IMG/VR virus record: IMGVR_UViG_3300042544_002482
Coordinates: 29,593 to 93,592 of that record
Source: a virus
DNA: 64,000 nt
Reading direction: 5' to 3' (one strand)
The number at the start of each line of letters is the position of its first letter. The stretch's first letter is position 1. The notes beneath the pieces are model-generated. The model did no database searches, was not told the DNA's origin, and saw only the letters and a program-made list of their open reading frames with translations. Both the position numbers and the translations under genes were made by a program. Below, in pieces: positions 1 to 10,440 of this stretch.

Positions 1-781
1 CGTTCTCTAAGTACGTCCCATCTCTTCGTTCCTGTAATATTTGAAAGAACCATTTATTAGCTAAAAAACACTCTCCAGATGTGATTGAATTTTTATATTT
101 ATCACTCAATTCCATTAAGTTTAAATGTATCATTAATTGTTCAATGTAACAAGCTCCATATCCTTTATCATATGAGTCTATCTTTTCTTTATTTTCTTCG
201 TAGTGACTTAATGATAATTGTGTTGCCTTTTTGAATAATTCGAAATCTTTTACATATATTAAATTCATATTTGGGATGTCTCCAACTTTAAAGTTTTTAA
301 TTTTTTCTTCCGAATGAAATTTTTTCATATCATTAAACGGAACCCCATATGCATTCATTGCACTAGTAAAATAATCATTAAATCCTTTTGGTGTTGTGTT
401 ACGTCCTAAATCTGGAAAATCTCTATGTGCGAACATAACGTCTTGTTCTAATGGAAACGTTATTTTTTTATTAATAATAGTGTCGGTATCAATGTGAATA
501 AAAGGTTCATTCATCGATTCGAACACCTTCATTTTCACAACACTAAACGTAGTTGGGTTTAATCCATCTAACACATCTATATCTATTTCATCATATGGAA
601 TACCAATTTTAACAATTTGTTCCATAACAAACTCATTTGTGTATAATTTTATATTCCCTTGATTTCTTTTAATCATTAACGCGCTAAGTAATTGTACATA
701 TAAAACGTCTTTCCATATGACGTGTGTATATTTTTTATCGACATTAAAGTTATTTGGAATATAGCTATGTATAAATTTCAT
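1..781 (-). CDS. DUF6734-like (GT-A fold, DxD) putative glycosyltransferase, runs off the left edge
   Basis: Not in the ORF track. ATG at 781-779 overlaps the upstream stop. Manual translation MKFIHSYIP...IKLYTNE...IPYDEID...EPFIHIDTDT...IPNMNLIY...CYIEQL; open in the segments checked, including the window edge. Paralogous to 781..1722. Confidence 0.7.
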   Translation of the reverse strand, partial: MKFIHSYIPNNFNVDKKYTHVIWKDVLYVQLLSALMIKRNQGNIKLYTNEFVMEQIVKIGIPYDEIDIDVLDGLNPTTFSVVKMKVFESMNEPFIHIDTDTIINKKITFPLEQDVMFAHRDFPDLGRNTTPKGFNDYFTSAMNAYGVPFNDMKKFHSEEKIKNFKVGDIPNMNLIYVKDFELFKKATQLSLSHYEENKEKIDSYDKGYGACYIEQLMIHLNLMELSDKYKNSITSGECFLANKWFFQILQERRDGTYLEN

Positions 782-1722
782 TAAATTAACTTTTTATTTA
801 CTTTATTAATTTCATTTTTGTATTCCTCAATTTTCATATTTCTATATTCTTCATTTAATTTTAATGCGTGTTTATTAAACCACACGTGTTCGTAATTCAA
901 ATTTTCAGTGTGATCAACTCTGTTTGGGTCCTTTAACCAAAATAAAGCCTTTCCTGGTGCGGGATTATCACCAATAGAATGTGATTCTGAATATGACATA
1001 TAAATCTTATTCTCAATACTCTCCACTTTCATATTCAATTTTCTAATCCCGTAACCAAGTATCCCTTGATCAGCAATTAACCATAACCACTCAGGTATGT
1101 ATTCATATTCTCTAGTGATTATATCTAAATGTCTTTTTAGGTAATCATCTCTTAATGTCTCATTGTTCATGAAAACAAATGATGTATTTGGTATAAACAT
1201 ATTTTGATTGAAGTCTTCAATACCACCGATACGGTTTACTTGATTTTCAAAAACAAAAAATTCTCCCCTTTGAATTTCCCATTGGGTGTGTACTAAATCG
1301 TAATTCCAAACCCAATCAGGTAATTTACTCCTTACAATAAAATCTAAATCTAAAAATAGATATGGTGTGGGTTCTTTACCAATTACAATTGATTTACCCG
1401 TTGTCCAAAATCTACCTGGTTCAATGTATGAGTATTCTTTATTGAATGTCTCTAAAACATCCGTATCCACCTCATCCCATAACCCCAACATTCCTTTTTT
1501 CTTATAAAATTCATACCCAATATTATCAGTATACAATTTTGTTACCCCAACATACTTTTTCGCGTTTCTTACTGCTAATTCCTGTATAACTAATTCATAA
1601 TCAACAATATCATATTCATCGTCGGGTAAATCAAACATCTTCATTCTATTATACCCTTGAGCATCATTCTTGTGAAAAAATGGCGCGGTCCAATTAACAA
1701 AGATTACTTTTAAATTATTCAT
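781..1722 (-). CDS. DUF6734-like putative glycosyltransferase
   Basis: KLYTD, WDEVD, PYLFLDLDF (DxD), IPNTSF, IADQ, YEHVW motifs, same pattern as the adjacent paralog. Confidence 0.6.
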   Translation of the reverse strand: MNNLKVIFVNWTAPFFHKNDAQGYNRMKMFDLPDDEYDIVDYELVIQELAVRNAKKYVGVTKLYTDNIGYEFYKKKGMLGLWDEVDTDVLETFNKEYSYIEPGRFWTTGKSIVIGKEPTPYLFLDLDFIVRSKLPDWVWNYDLVHTQWEIQRGEFFVFENQVNRIGGIEDFNQNMFIPNTSFVFMNNETLRDDYLKRHLDIITREYEYIPEWLWLIADQGILGYGIRKLNMKVESIENKIYMSYSESHSIGDNPAPGKALFWLKDPNRVDHTENLNYEHVWFNKHALKLNEEYRNMKIEEYKNEINKVNKKLI

Positions 1723-2416
1723 ATATAAAATATAAGTCTTGTTTTAAATCATTGGTTTTATATAAAGGTACCCCCGAATTTAAAATCGATATACCTATTA
1801 TTAATCCCTCACCTCTACCTAATGGTTTGTTATTAAATTTAACATCATTATTGTTTATTTCTTTTTTTAAACAATTAAAAATTTTAAAAAAGTCATTCAA
1901 CTTTTCATCTCTACTAATAACGAAAAATCTTTCACCAATTAATTTAGCATCGCTAATTTTTAAATTGTTTTTTTTACAATGATTTTCAATATGATCAAAA
2001 TAATCATCTTTAATGATGTTCTTAAATTCTTGATATGTTAAAGGGGTTTCTAACCAATCTTCAGTATAATAAATCCCGGGGTTAAATTTTGCTTCACAGA
2101 AGTTATCAATATTTAATGTGATATCAGAATCAACATATAATATCGTCTCATATTTTTTTAAAGCAATTTCACAAATCAATAATTTATCCGTATAAGATTT
2201 GTCTACTTCAGTATACGGGACAATAATAACATTTAAGTCCTTAAACTCTTCTGGACTGTCAGTTAAAACAAGAATATCTACTGGGTAAGATTTATAGGTC
2301 TTAATATTTTTAATCGCCAAATCAATATAATAATTGTCTTCTTCTTTTTCTATTATACCGTTTTTAACTAATGGAGATTTAAATACAAATAAACAAATAG
2401 CTTTATTCATAATCAA
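1715..2416 (-). CDS. putative GT-A glycosyltransferase
   Basis: VLTDSPEEF, KL, YVDSD (DxD), GEG motifs; paralog of 19538..20272. Confidence 0.55.
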   Translation of the reverse strand: MIMNKAICLFVFKSPLVKNGIIEKEEDNYYIDLAIKNIKTYKSYPVDILVLTDSPEEFKDLNVIIVPYTEVDKSYTDKLLICEIALKKYETILYVDSDITLNIDNFCEAKFNPGIYYTEDWLETPLTYQEFKNIIKDDYFDHIENHCKKNNLKISDAKLIGERFFVISRDEKLNDFFKIFNCLKKEINNNDVKFNNKPLGRGEGLIIGISILNSGVPLYKTNDLKQDLYFIYE

Positions 2417-2984
2417 TTTTATGGTTTTGTATTAATGTTAAGCTTTGCCCAACCAAAACATCTCTTCGCCCATCTGTAACTGGTTTTATAAAATGTGGGT
2501 GTGTCAATCCACCTGGAAAGATAATAATATCACCCAATTCTAAATTATAAGAAATGTCTTGTCTTGGAAAACAAAGTTCACCACCTTTAAAATTATTATT
2601 AAGTAAGCCAACAAATGTTAAACCACTAAAATCCCAATGAACATTCTTTTCTGAAAAAATTGTATTGTCTCTATAATAATGTAATAAAAACATATCCCTC
2701 CATTTTGTTTTAACAAAATCTTTTATATTTTTTATTGTTTCGTGAGACGCGTTTAATCCAATACCATTTTCAATATCATAAATTTTTAGATAGTCGTCTA
2801 AAAGCGGATATTCAATATTATTGAACCAAAAATCATTAATTTTATAAAATAAACTCATATCAATTTTATCTACATCAATCCTATCAATACCACCAATATT
2901 ATCACGAACTAATAATAATTCATCAATAATAGATTTTGGTATTATAGATTTAAAAACGAAAATATCTGAATCTATTTTTATCAT
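2403..2984 (-). CDS. 2OG-Fe(II) oxygenase (prolyl/lysyl-hydroxylase-like)
   Basis: HWD...GGEL.F...GDIIIFPG..THPH...V..G.R: HxD...H...R facial triad and 2OG-binding Arg. Confidence 0.85.
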   Translation of the reverse strand: MIKIDSDIFVFKSIIPKSIIDELLLVRDNIGGIDRIDVDKIDMSLFYKINDFWFNNIEYPLLDDYLKIYDIENGIGLNASHETIKNIKDFVKTKWRDMFLLHYYRDNTIFSEKNVHWDFSGLTFVGLLNNNFKGGELCFPRQDISYNLELGDIIIFPGGLTHPHFIKPVTDGRRDVLVGQSLTLIQNHKIDYE

Positions 2985-3695
2985 TTATATTTCAATATTA
3001 AAATTAATTACACATCTATGGGTTTTACCATAGAATGGTTTAACTGAATGTATAATATCAGCCGGCCACATCATTAACATACCTTTTTTAGGTCTTATAA
3101 AGTGAGACATTCCTCTGATATGAAACGTAAAAACACCACTGTATGGATGATCTGCGATTGGCTCACCATCTGATAAATAATATCCGCCAACAAAACTTAA
3201 AGGTGCTGATTCATAAATAGACCACCTACAATGGTTGTGTTGATTATGTCCTCTTCCAGAAGTTGGCTCATAATATTGTATCCAACTTTCTGTCACCTTT
3301 GGGTTGTTGTTATGTTTAAAATTTAATAAATTTAAAAAATCAATAAAACCATCTGTACATCGTTTCTTAATTAGTTTAACACATTCTTCTTCTCTATCTA
3401 AAAACTCATTTGTGGGCACAAGAAAACGACTACCTATTGGGTTGAATTCTGTCGGTTCAACCCATTTATCATGTTTACCATAATTTATTTCATATGTGCT
3501 TTGTCTATCCTGATCATATTGTTCAGGTAATTCTTGCCCCATTAATTTTTGTTCGGGTGTTAACTCATTAAACCCTAAATTATAAACCAAATCATGTAAA
3601 TCATGATCATCAAATTGTTTCATGTATACTGGTATGGGGGCTAAAAGATATAGATTGTCTTGACCGCTTGGCCAAAGTGGATTGTGAAAATACAT
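2985..3695 (-). CDS. putative 2OG-Fe(II) oxygenase (HxH type, phage-associated)
   Basis: ESW..Y, HNQHNH, GGYYL, PKKG.LMMWP..I.HSV.P, R..INFN. Confidence 0.75.
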   Translation of the reverse strand: MYFHNPLWPSGQDNLYLLAPIPVYMKQFDDHDLHDLVYNLGFNELTPEQKLMGQELPEQYDQDRQSTYEINYGKHDKWVEPTEFNPIGSRFLVPTNEFLDREEECVKLIKKRCTDGFIDFLNLLNFKHNNNPKVTESWIQYYEPTSGRGHNQHNHCRWSIYESAPLSFVGGYYLSDGEPIADHPYSGVFTFHIRGMSHFIRPKKGMLMMWPADIIHSVKPFYGKTHRCVINFNIEI

Positions 3696-4888
3696 TAGCT
3701 TAATTTTAAAATATTATATGTTATTGGGAATATATCTTTAAATTTTTGATCCCTAGATTCATCTAGTAAATTATTTATTTTAATAAATGAATTCCAGTCC
3801 TGTTCTGTCGATTCTTTACTATTAAGGTATTGCGTAATATTTGTAAATTGTTCTTTAATTTCCGGGCTTTTTACCGGTAAACTATTATAAGATTCATTAA
3901 CATATTTTTCAATATCTATTTTTAAGTTTTCTGGAATATTGTTTATGCAATAGTATTTTGGTTGTGATAAAAAGTTACAATGTATTCGAATATTATTCTC
4001 AATTGCAAATTCAGCGACTTCGTTAAAATCTAGGACATTCATAATTGAAACTGTGTAACAAATATGAAACTTGAAATTTTTTAAATCTTTTGTTTTATCT
4101 AACCATAATAAAATATTATTTTTTACTTCATTCCAGTTTGCACCATATCTTAAATAATTAAATTTATCACCAACACCGTCTATACTAAATGAAATATCAG
4201 AAAGCTCAAAGTTTTTTAATATTTCAAAATATTCATCTTTAAAAATAGTACCATTAGTGTTAAAATGAACATACTTATTTTTAGCAATACCAGTATATAC
4301 ACATTTTTCTAAAATGGACCATTGTTTTTTCATTAACATTGGTTCACCACCATATAGATCAAGTATTTTTACTGATGATATATTTTTTTCAATTTCATCC
4401 CAAACCATACTGTCGTCAGCAAATGGTAAAGAACAAGATTTTGTAATCTGATTTAGTTTTTCATCTGAAATATCCGGGTTTAAAACTGATTTATGTTCTT
4501 TTTTCCAGTTTGAAGATGAATATACGTTACATATTCTACAAGTTAGATTACAAATATTCCCCATGTTTAATTCTAAAAAATGTATTTCACTTTCTAGTAG
4601 GGTTAAATGTGCAACTCTATTATTATCTCTAATTCTTTTACTTTCAACTCCCGAATCTTCTAAATTCCAACAACCATTACACTCTGGTGATTTTATTCCA
4701 TTTTTAAAATCTTCTTTAAGTTTTTTTAATGTAGGTGATTGTAGTGCGTCTTGGAAGGTTGTGTTTAGAACACTCATAACATTACCATCATCATCTTTAA
4801 GATATGTTTCACTAGCAATACAACATGGTGTAAATTTTCCATCCGTTGTTACCCTCAACCCATTATTTATGTTTGCACATTTTATCAT
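3695..4888 (-). CDS. radical SAM protein with N-terminal twitch/SPASM-like domain
   Basis: N-terminal C...PCC...CxxCW; CNLTCRIC; GGEP; NTNG; SIDG; C-terminal D..R...F...FP. Confidence 0.9.
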   Translation of the reverse strand: MIKCANINNGLRVTTDGKFTPCCIASETYLKDDDGNVMSVLNTTFQDALQSPTLKKLKEDFKNGIKSPECNGCWNLEDSGVESKRIRDNNRVAHLTLLESEIHFLELNMGNICNLTCRICNVYSSSNWKKEHKSVLNPDISDEKLNQITKSCSLPFADDSMVWDEIEKNISSVKILDLYGGEPMLMKKQWSILEKCVYTGIAKNKYVHFNTNGTIFKDEYFEILKNFELSDISFSIDGVGDKFNYLRYGANWNEVKNNILLWLDKTKDLKNFKFHICYTVSIMNVLDFNEVAEFAIENNIRIHCNFLSQPKYYCINNIPENLKIDIEKYVNESYNSLPVKSPEIKEQFTNITQYLNSKESTEQDWNSFIKINNLLDESRDQKFKDIFPITYNILKLS

Positions 4889-4889
4889 C

Positions 4890-5912
4890 TTATAATGTTA
4901 AATTATGTTTTATTCTTTCTGTTTTTGGTAATCGATTATATATTTCAATCAACTTATAATACTCATCGTGATTAGAATCACCAATATCCGTTTTTTTAAA
5001 TTGTTCGGCGGTATATGTACCCCAATTAACCACTCTGTTATAAAACACGGACCAATTTTTACTTTTATTTGAGAAAATGTTTTTAACCATTTCATAAAAC
5101 AAAACCATTTCTTGATAGTTTTCATATTGGACAACGAATGATATTGTTACATCACGTAGGTAAGGTAATGTCGAAATAAAATTTAAATTATTTTGGATAT
5201 CTTCCCATTTACCTCCAATCCTTACTTTATTTTCATATGTTTCTTTTATTGCGGAATCAACCGATATTTCACAACTCTTTACGTACTTGTGAATGTTTTT
5301 CATTCTCGACCAGTTAGATTCATTCCACAGTGTTGCGTTAGTGTGTAAATGGATTTTTTTAAGGTTGGGGTATTTTGTAAAATCAAAATTCATCATCCAC
5401 TTTCTAAACGTTCTAGAAAAGAATGGATCACCTGACCCCGTACATTCGATATGTTCTAAACCACCGCTTAATTCCTGTTCAATGTGTTGTATTAATTGTT
5501 CGGTTCTTTCTCGTTCATCTCCCTCGTAATTAATAAATGTAGTTCTACATGATGGACATTTTAAATTACAACTTTGGTCAAAATTCATTTTGATTGTTGT
5601 TGGGAGTCCATTATCATATTTATTTCTATTTTTAAGGAATTCTTCTTTACTTACAAAACCATGTGTTTTACCTTCCTTAAGTCCTGTTAGTTTGGGGCAT
5701 CTTGATTCAATACAAAATTTATATGAGCCATCTAACATACTCTCCCTAACTTGTTCGGCAATATCTGACTTCCAATTAGTTTCAATAGACATTGGGTCAC
5801 CTAGATTTACGGGCAACCAATTCGGACAACACATAAAAGTCTTATGGTCAAATAACTCCAAAAAATTAAATGGTTGTGTGCAAACCCAATCCTTTTTATC
5901 TAATTGATTCAT
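4890..5912 (-). CDS. radical SAM protein with N-terminal twitch domain (GSGDPF variant)
   Basis: CTQPF...MCC...C....C; CNLKCPSC; GSGDPF replaces GGEP; HTNA; ISVD. Confidence 0.88.
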   Translation of the reverse strand: MNQLDKKDWVCTQPFNFLELFDHKTFMCCPNWLPVNLGDPMSIETNWKSDIAEQVRESMLDGSYKFCIESRCPKLTGLKEGKTHGFVSKEEFLKNRNKYDNGLPTTIKMNFDQSCNLKCPSCRTTFINYEGDERERTEQLIQHIEQELSGGLEHIECTGSGDPFFSRTFRKWMMNFDFTKYPNLKKIHLHTNATLWNESNWSRMKNIHKYVKSCEISVDSAIKETYENKVRIGGKWEDIQNNLNFISTLPYLRDVTISFVVQYENYQEMVLFYEMVKNIFSNKSKNWSVFYNRVVNWGTYTAEQFKKTDIGDSNHDEYYKLIEIYNRLPKTERIKHNLTL

Positions 5913-7219
5913 ATTAATGTATCGTCGTTTTTTATTTCGTTTAAAAAGGATTTATCAACTATTGAGTTTTCAATTTCAGTAAACCAATCAACATATTGTG
6001 GATTAACATCTAAAAACTTTTCATTTCTTCTTTTATCTAATATGAGAGTTGACCTAAGTAAATGTCTTTCGGAATCTTTAATGTCACCTTCAAATGGTGT
6101 GTTCATGTGTTTTTCCCATGCATTAATGGCATTATCAACTATTCTCCTAACATGTGGATTTTCGATGGTCTTTGTATAATCATGTAATTTATTTATTAAA
6201 TCAACCTTAAGATTTGATGGTAATATTCTGATGTCGTACCAATGTGGTGTTGTTAGTAAATTATTTAATGATACCGTATTTGGATTAACTCCGACAGTTA
6301 TTGCCATATCAATTAATTCATTAATGTGGAATATGTTTAGTATACTGATTGTTGGTGAAATATGTACCTCCATTCCTTTATCAACACATGATTTAATGTT
6401 TTCATAAACACTATTCCATTTTGTCCCATTACGAATTACTTCCGCTAATTTACCAACAGCATCTAAAGATGCAAATAACATGATTCTACCATTTGGATCA
6501 TTCAAAAAGTGACTCCACAAACCATGTAAATCCCATTTTTTAAATTTAATGTGACTAAAATTTGTGTTGTATCTAATTCTCACATTTGTTCTACCCGCAG
6601 CAATTAGTTTTTCTAATATGATATAATGTTCATCCATGATTAATGGTTCACCACCCGCAAAATAAATTTCTTCAACATCGTTGATGAATCTGTCCACGTA
6701 TTTAAAAATATCTTCCTTACTATCTGAGTTATAATTCAGTAATCCGTTGTTATCCATTTTTGTTCCGTATAGTGCAGTCTCATCTTCGTACCATTTACTA
6801 CTTGAAAACGCTCCACACATTCTACATTTAAAATTACAAATGTTAGACCACCTAAAATCCCAATACTTTAATACAAATTTATCATTATGTCCAGTTTCAG
6901 GATTTGTTTCTTTAATTAAATCAGGAATCTCGTTATTAAAAAAATGGTTGTGGGTGTTTCGTGGACTTAACAGACCACTATCTTCAATTAGAAAACATCT
7001 TTCACAAAGATTTGGTCTTTCTCCTTCTAACATTTCTTTTCTGATTGTTTTCATGTCATCACCATTCCATATTTCTTCTAAGGTGTCTTTACTAGTGTTA
7101 CCTATTGATTTACCATAAGGAGCCATACAACAAGGGTAAATGTCACCATTAGGTTGTACGTTTAAATGTGCCCATGGTAGAACACAAAATGTTTTTGATA
7201 TATTGTTACCGTTACTCAT
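5909..7219 (-). CDS. radical SAM protein with N-terminal twitch domain
   Basis: CVLPW...PCC...CERC; CNFKCRMC; AGGEP; YNTN; D.RR..F. Confidence 0.92.
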   Translation of the reverse strand: MSNGNNISKTFCVLPWAHLNVQPNGDIYPCCMAPYGKSIGNTSKDTLEEIWNGDDMKTIRKEMLEGERPNLCERCFLIEDSGLLSPRNTHNHFFNNEIPDLIKETNPETGHNDKFVLKYWDFRWSNICNFKCRMCGAFSSSKWYEDETALYGTKMDNNGLLNYNSDSKEDIFKYVDRFINDVEEIYFAGGEPLIMDEHYIILEKLIAAGRTNVRIRYNTNFSHIKFKKWDLHGLWSHFLNDPNGRIMLFASLDAVGKLAEVIRNGTKWNSVYENIKSCVDKGMEVHISPTISILNIFHINELIDMAITVGVNPNTVSLNNLLTTPHWYDIRILPSNLKVDLINKLHDYTKTIENPHVRRIVDNAINAWEKHMNTPFEGDIKDSERHLLRSTLILDKRRNEKFLDVNPQYVDWFTEIENSIVDKSFLNEIKNDDTLI

Positions 7220-8455
7220 CTATAATAATTTTTTTTGTAAAACTTCTTTTATTTTTGGGAATGTGTTCAAAAAACTTTCACTCCTTATTTCATCAACCTT
7301 ATTTGTTACATTAACAAATAAATCTTTTTCTCCATTTTCAGGTGTATTGTAATAAACACCATACAAGTCATTAAAGAACTCATCACTTACCAAACCTTTT
7401 ATTTCATCAATTTTTTTTCTCCTCACATCAATAGGAAAAACATTTGGACTTTGGTATGATGGTGAAAAAACATGATTAGGTGTTAGTCGATAAATTTTAC
7501 CTGAACCATCTAACTTATATAAACCTTCTTTTATAAGGAATTGAGCCAACTCCTCAATATATAAAAAATTAAACGCGTTGATAGTTTGTGTGATACTAAT
7601 ATGGAAATTATATTCATTAATGTACCTTTTAAGGTTATTAATTGTTAAATCCCAATTACTTAAACTCCTAATAAATGTATTTCTATCTTTGACATCGTCA
7701 ATACTAATAGATAATGCCACATTTTTAAATGACTTTAATTTTTCTAATGTTGGTTTTATTTTGTCAAAATCATAATTAGCGTTGGTGATATATGAAATTG
7801 TTGTATTTTTAGCGTGACCCTCCTCAACCATTCTTTTAATTAAGTAATCGTGTTTTGAGACAAGAAACGGTTCACCTCCACTTACTTGTAATAAATTAAG
7901 GTTAGGTGTGAACTTAATTAAGTCATCATAAAATTCAACTTTGTCAGGCCATTCATAGTCTGAATCCTCACTATTTTTTATAGATTGATAATCAGATGGT
8001 AAAGGTACAACGTCTTTTAATTTATAATAATCGGTTATCCAAGATGTACTCGATTCGGCATTACATGAACGACATTTAAAATTACAAAAATTACCAAGTC
8101 TTAATTCTACGTTTGTTAAATTAGGTACTATACTACCATCCTCATTAATTGAGGTGTTAATAATTTCTCTATTTTCTTTAATTCTTTTAGATACGTTACC
8201 ATTCTTTTCAACATTATAACAAGTTAAACAGGCGTTAGGTACTTCACCATTAACCATTTGTTTTCTAACTTTTTTAAAACTATCAGAGTTAATTACTTTT
8301 TCAACACCTTGATTTATGTTAACAACCTTTCCATCGGTTTTGGCAAAGGTTTCTTCCGCTTCCCAATTAGCTTCACAACAAACAGAACAATGTCCATGTG
8401 GATGAACACTGATATGGTTCCACAATAAATTACATATGAATTTTTTATTTTCCAT
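7220..8455 (-). CDS. radical SAM protein with N-terminal twitch domain
   Basis: C..LW...VCC...CLTC; CNFKCRSC; SGGEP; ITN; SIDD. Confidence 0.9.
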   Translation of the reverse strand: MENKKFICNLLWNHISVHPHGHCSVCCEANWEAEETFAKTDGKVVNINQGVEKVINSDSFKKVRKQMVNGEVPNACLTCYNVEKNGNVSKRIKENREIINTSINEDGSIVPNLTNVELRLGNFCNFKCRSCNAESSTSWITDYYKLKDVVPLPSDYQSIKNSEDSDYEWPDKVEFYDDLIKFTPNLNLLQVSGGEPFLVSKHDYLIKRMVEEGHAKNTTISYITNANYDFDKIKPTLEKLKSFKNVALSISIDDVKDRNTFIRSLSNWDLTINNLKRYINEYNFHISITQTINAFNFLYIEELAQFLIKEGLYKLDGSGKIYRLTPNHVFSPSYQSPNVFPIDVRRKKIDEIKGLVSDEFFNDLYGVYYNTPENGEKDLFVNVTNKVDEIRSESFLNTFPKIKEVLQKKLL

Positions 8456-8458
8456 TTT

Positions 8459-9799
8459 CTATAATGTTTTAAACCAATTTATAAATTCAATTGGCATATA
8501 TTCTTCTATTGGTTTATTTCTTCTTATTGAATATTGATTAACGAATTTTTTAAGGTCGTTTATTTTATTTTCAGTACTATCACTATCCTCATAGGATATG
8601 TCAACTTGTCTCAAGTATAAAACCAATCTGTCAAAATGATTTACTTCCCATTCTTCCATCCATGGTTTATTACTAATAACCGATGATTCAATATTATCTG
8701 CCAATAAGTTTTTTATGTTTTGGTCAATCATATTAATACTTTGAAACGAAGGGAACCTTAAAATATTTACACTCATTGAGAATGTATGGATATTATTTAA
8801 TTCTTTTCTCCATTTAACAATTTCATCTAAAAACAAGTCTACAGTCCAAATACTTAAGACACTAATTGTCATCATAATATTAAGTCTTCTAACCTTTTTG
8901 GATTTTTCGACTTTGAACATATTGTCTTTCCATAAATCCCACTTAAATCCATCTCTAACGAATTCCTGGTGTTTACCGAAACATTCGGCTGAGGTATAGA
9001 TGTCCAACGACTTAAACTTATCAGAAGAATTTAGTAACCTATAAAGTCTCTCATCGTCCATAATGAGATTACTATTAACCGCAAAGTCAAACTTATCATT
9101 ATTACAAACATCCAACAGTTTCCAAAATGAAGGACTTCTTGATGGTTCACCACCAGATACTCTTAGTTCCATTAACTCTCCCCTTATTTCTTCGAACCAA
9201 TTGAAAAAGTTATTTACGTAGATGTTGTCTTCATTTTTATTACCGAACGGCATGGCAATTGAACCGTCACTTTTATATGTTAGTCCACCATTAGTTTTCA
9301 TTCCCTCATATTCACCATTGTTCAAAATATCTTTGGACCAGGTTGAACTGAACTCTGAATTACAGTAGCTACAAGCCAAATTACAAAGATTATCGAAACA
9401 GATTTCAATCGTTTTAGGTATCACATTCGCGTCCCACGGCATTGTTTTAATTTTTTCAATGTCTTCCTTGGTATACCTAGATGTTTGGTACATTCTATCA
9501 CTAAAAATATTTGGGTTGTCTTTTGCCGCATCCTCCACTCTCCAACAATATGAACATTCTTTTGGTCTAACACCTTCTAACATCTCCTTTCTTCTTTCTT
9601 TCTTGAAGTTGGTATTATGTAGGGCGGATGGATTACTATTTAACTCATCTAATGGAATTGGATGTGCTAGTGGGTGGTGACAAGATGCGGTTTTACCGTT
9701 ACCTAACCATATAGATACGTTATACCATTTCGCAGCACAAAAAGAGGACGAAAAATCGTCCATCAATTTTTTAATTTCGGTATAGGGTATATTAGACAT
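8459..9799 (-). CDS. radical SAM protein, CHHP-twitch subfamily
   Basis: FCAAKW...SCHHP...CSYCW; CNLACSYC; SGGEP. Confidence 0.9.
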   Translation of the reverse strand: MSNIPYTEIKKLMDDFSSSFCAAKWYNVSIWLGNGKTASCHHPLAHPIPLDELNSNPSALHNTNFKKERRKEMLEGVRPKECSYCWRVEDAAKDNPNIFSDRMYQTSRYTKEDIEKIKTMPWDANVIPKTIEICFDNLCNLACSYCNSEFSSTWSKDILNNGEYEGMKTNGGLTYKSDGSIAMPFGNKNEDNIYVNNFFNWFEEIRGELMELRVSGGEPSRSPSFWKLLDVCNNDKFDFAVNSNLIMDDERLYRLLNSSDKFKSLDIYTSAECFGKHQEFVRDGFKWDLWKDNMFKVEKSKKVRRLNIMMTISVLSIWTVDLFLDEIVKWRKELNNIHTFSMSVNILRFPSFQSINMIDQNIKNLLADNIESSVISNKPWMEEWEVNHFDRLVLYLRQVDISYEDSDSTENKINDLKKFVNQYSIRRNKPIEEYMPIEFINWFKTL

Positions 9800-10440
9800 T
9801 AAATGATTTTTTGTTTTGGTGCGACATTATTAAACATATCGATTGATTTATTAACATATTCTGGGTCTTCGATTAGAATTCCGTGATTTCCATTCCCACT
9901 ATTGTCGAATGTTTTAAACTTAGAATTTTCTTCGAAATTCATATTAATATACATATTTTTATCCGTATAATCAACTAACGTGTTATATATAATTATGTTA
10001 TTAATGTCACCATTAAACCATTTATCGTTTTCACCGTTAAATGGATATAGGGACCCAATTAAGAGTCTTTTTTCTGAATAATCAATAATATCACCTTTAA
10101 CTTTAGAATCCATTAAAACGTCATTAAAATACAAACCAATCGATTCTGATACCGTTACCTTTATATTCATTCTTTGTTTAATGTCATCAATTATAAATCT
10201 AACATCATTATATCTATTTCCGGTTGTGTACCAAACAAATTTCACTATGTTAGGTAGTTCTAAAAATAAACCCATTGGGTGACCATCTTTAGAAATGATT
10301 GTTGCTTCGTTATCTACAAAATCAAATAACCTAAAATCAGCTATAATTGTAAAGTTATTTTCAATTGAAGAATAATCTTTAACGTTAGTGTTGTTCTTAG
10401 TTTTATTTGGTATGTAGTATGATGTTTTATTGAATATCAT
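9799..10440 (-). CDS. stand-alone LamG/concanavalin-A-like domain protein
   Basis: beta-rich; FTI..F, LYFND, LLIG, FNGDINNIIIYN, FDNSGNGNHG are typical LamG-jellyroll signatures. Confidence 0.7.
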   Translation of the reverse strand: MIFNKTSYYIPNKTKNNTNVKDYSSIENNFTIIADFRLFDFVDNEATIISKDGHPMGLFLELPNIVKFVWYTTGNRYNDVRFIIDDIKQRMNIKVTVSESIGLYFNDVLMDSKVKGDIIDYSEKRLLIGSLYPFNGENDKWFNGDINNIIIYNTLVDYTDKNMYINMNFEENSKFKTFDNSGNGNHGILIEDPEYVNKSIDMFNNVAPKQKII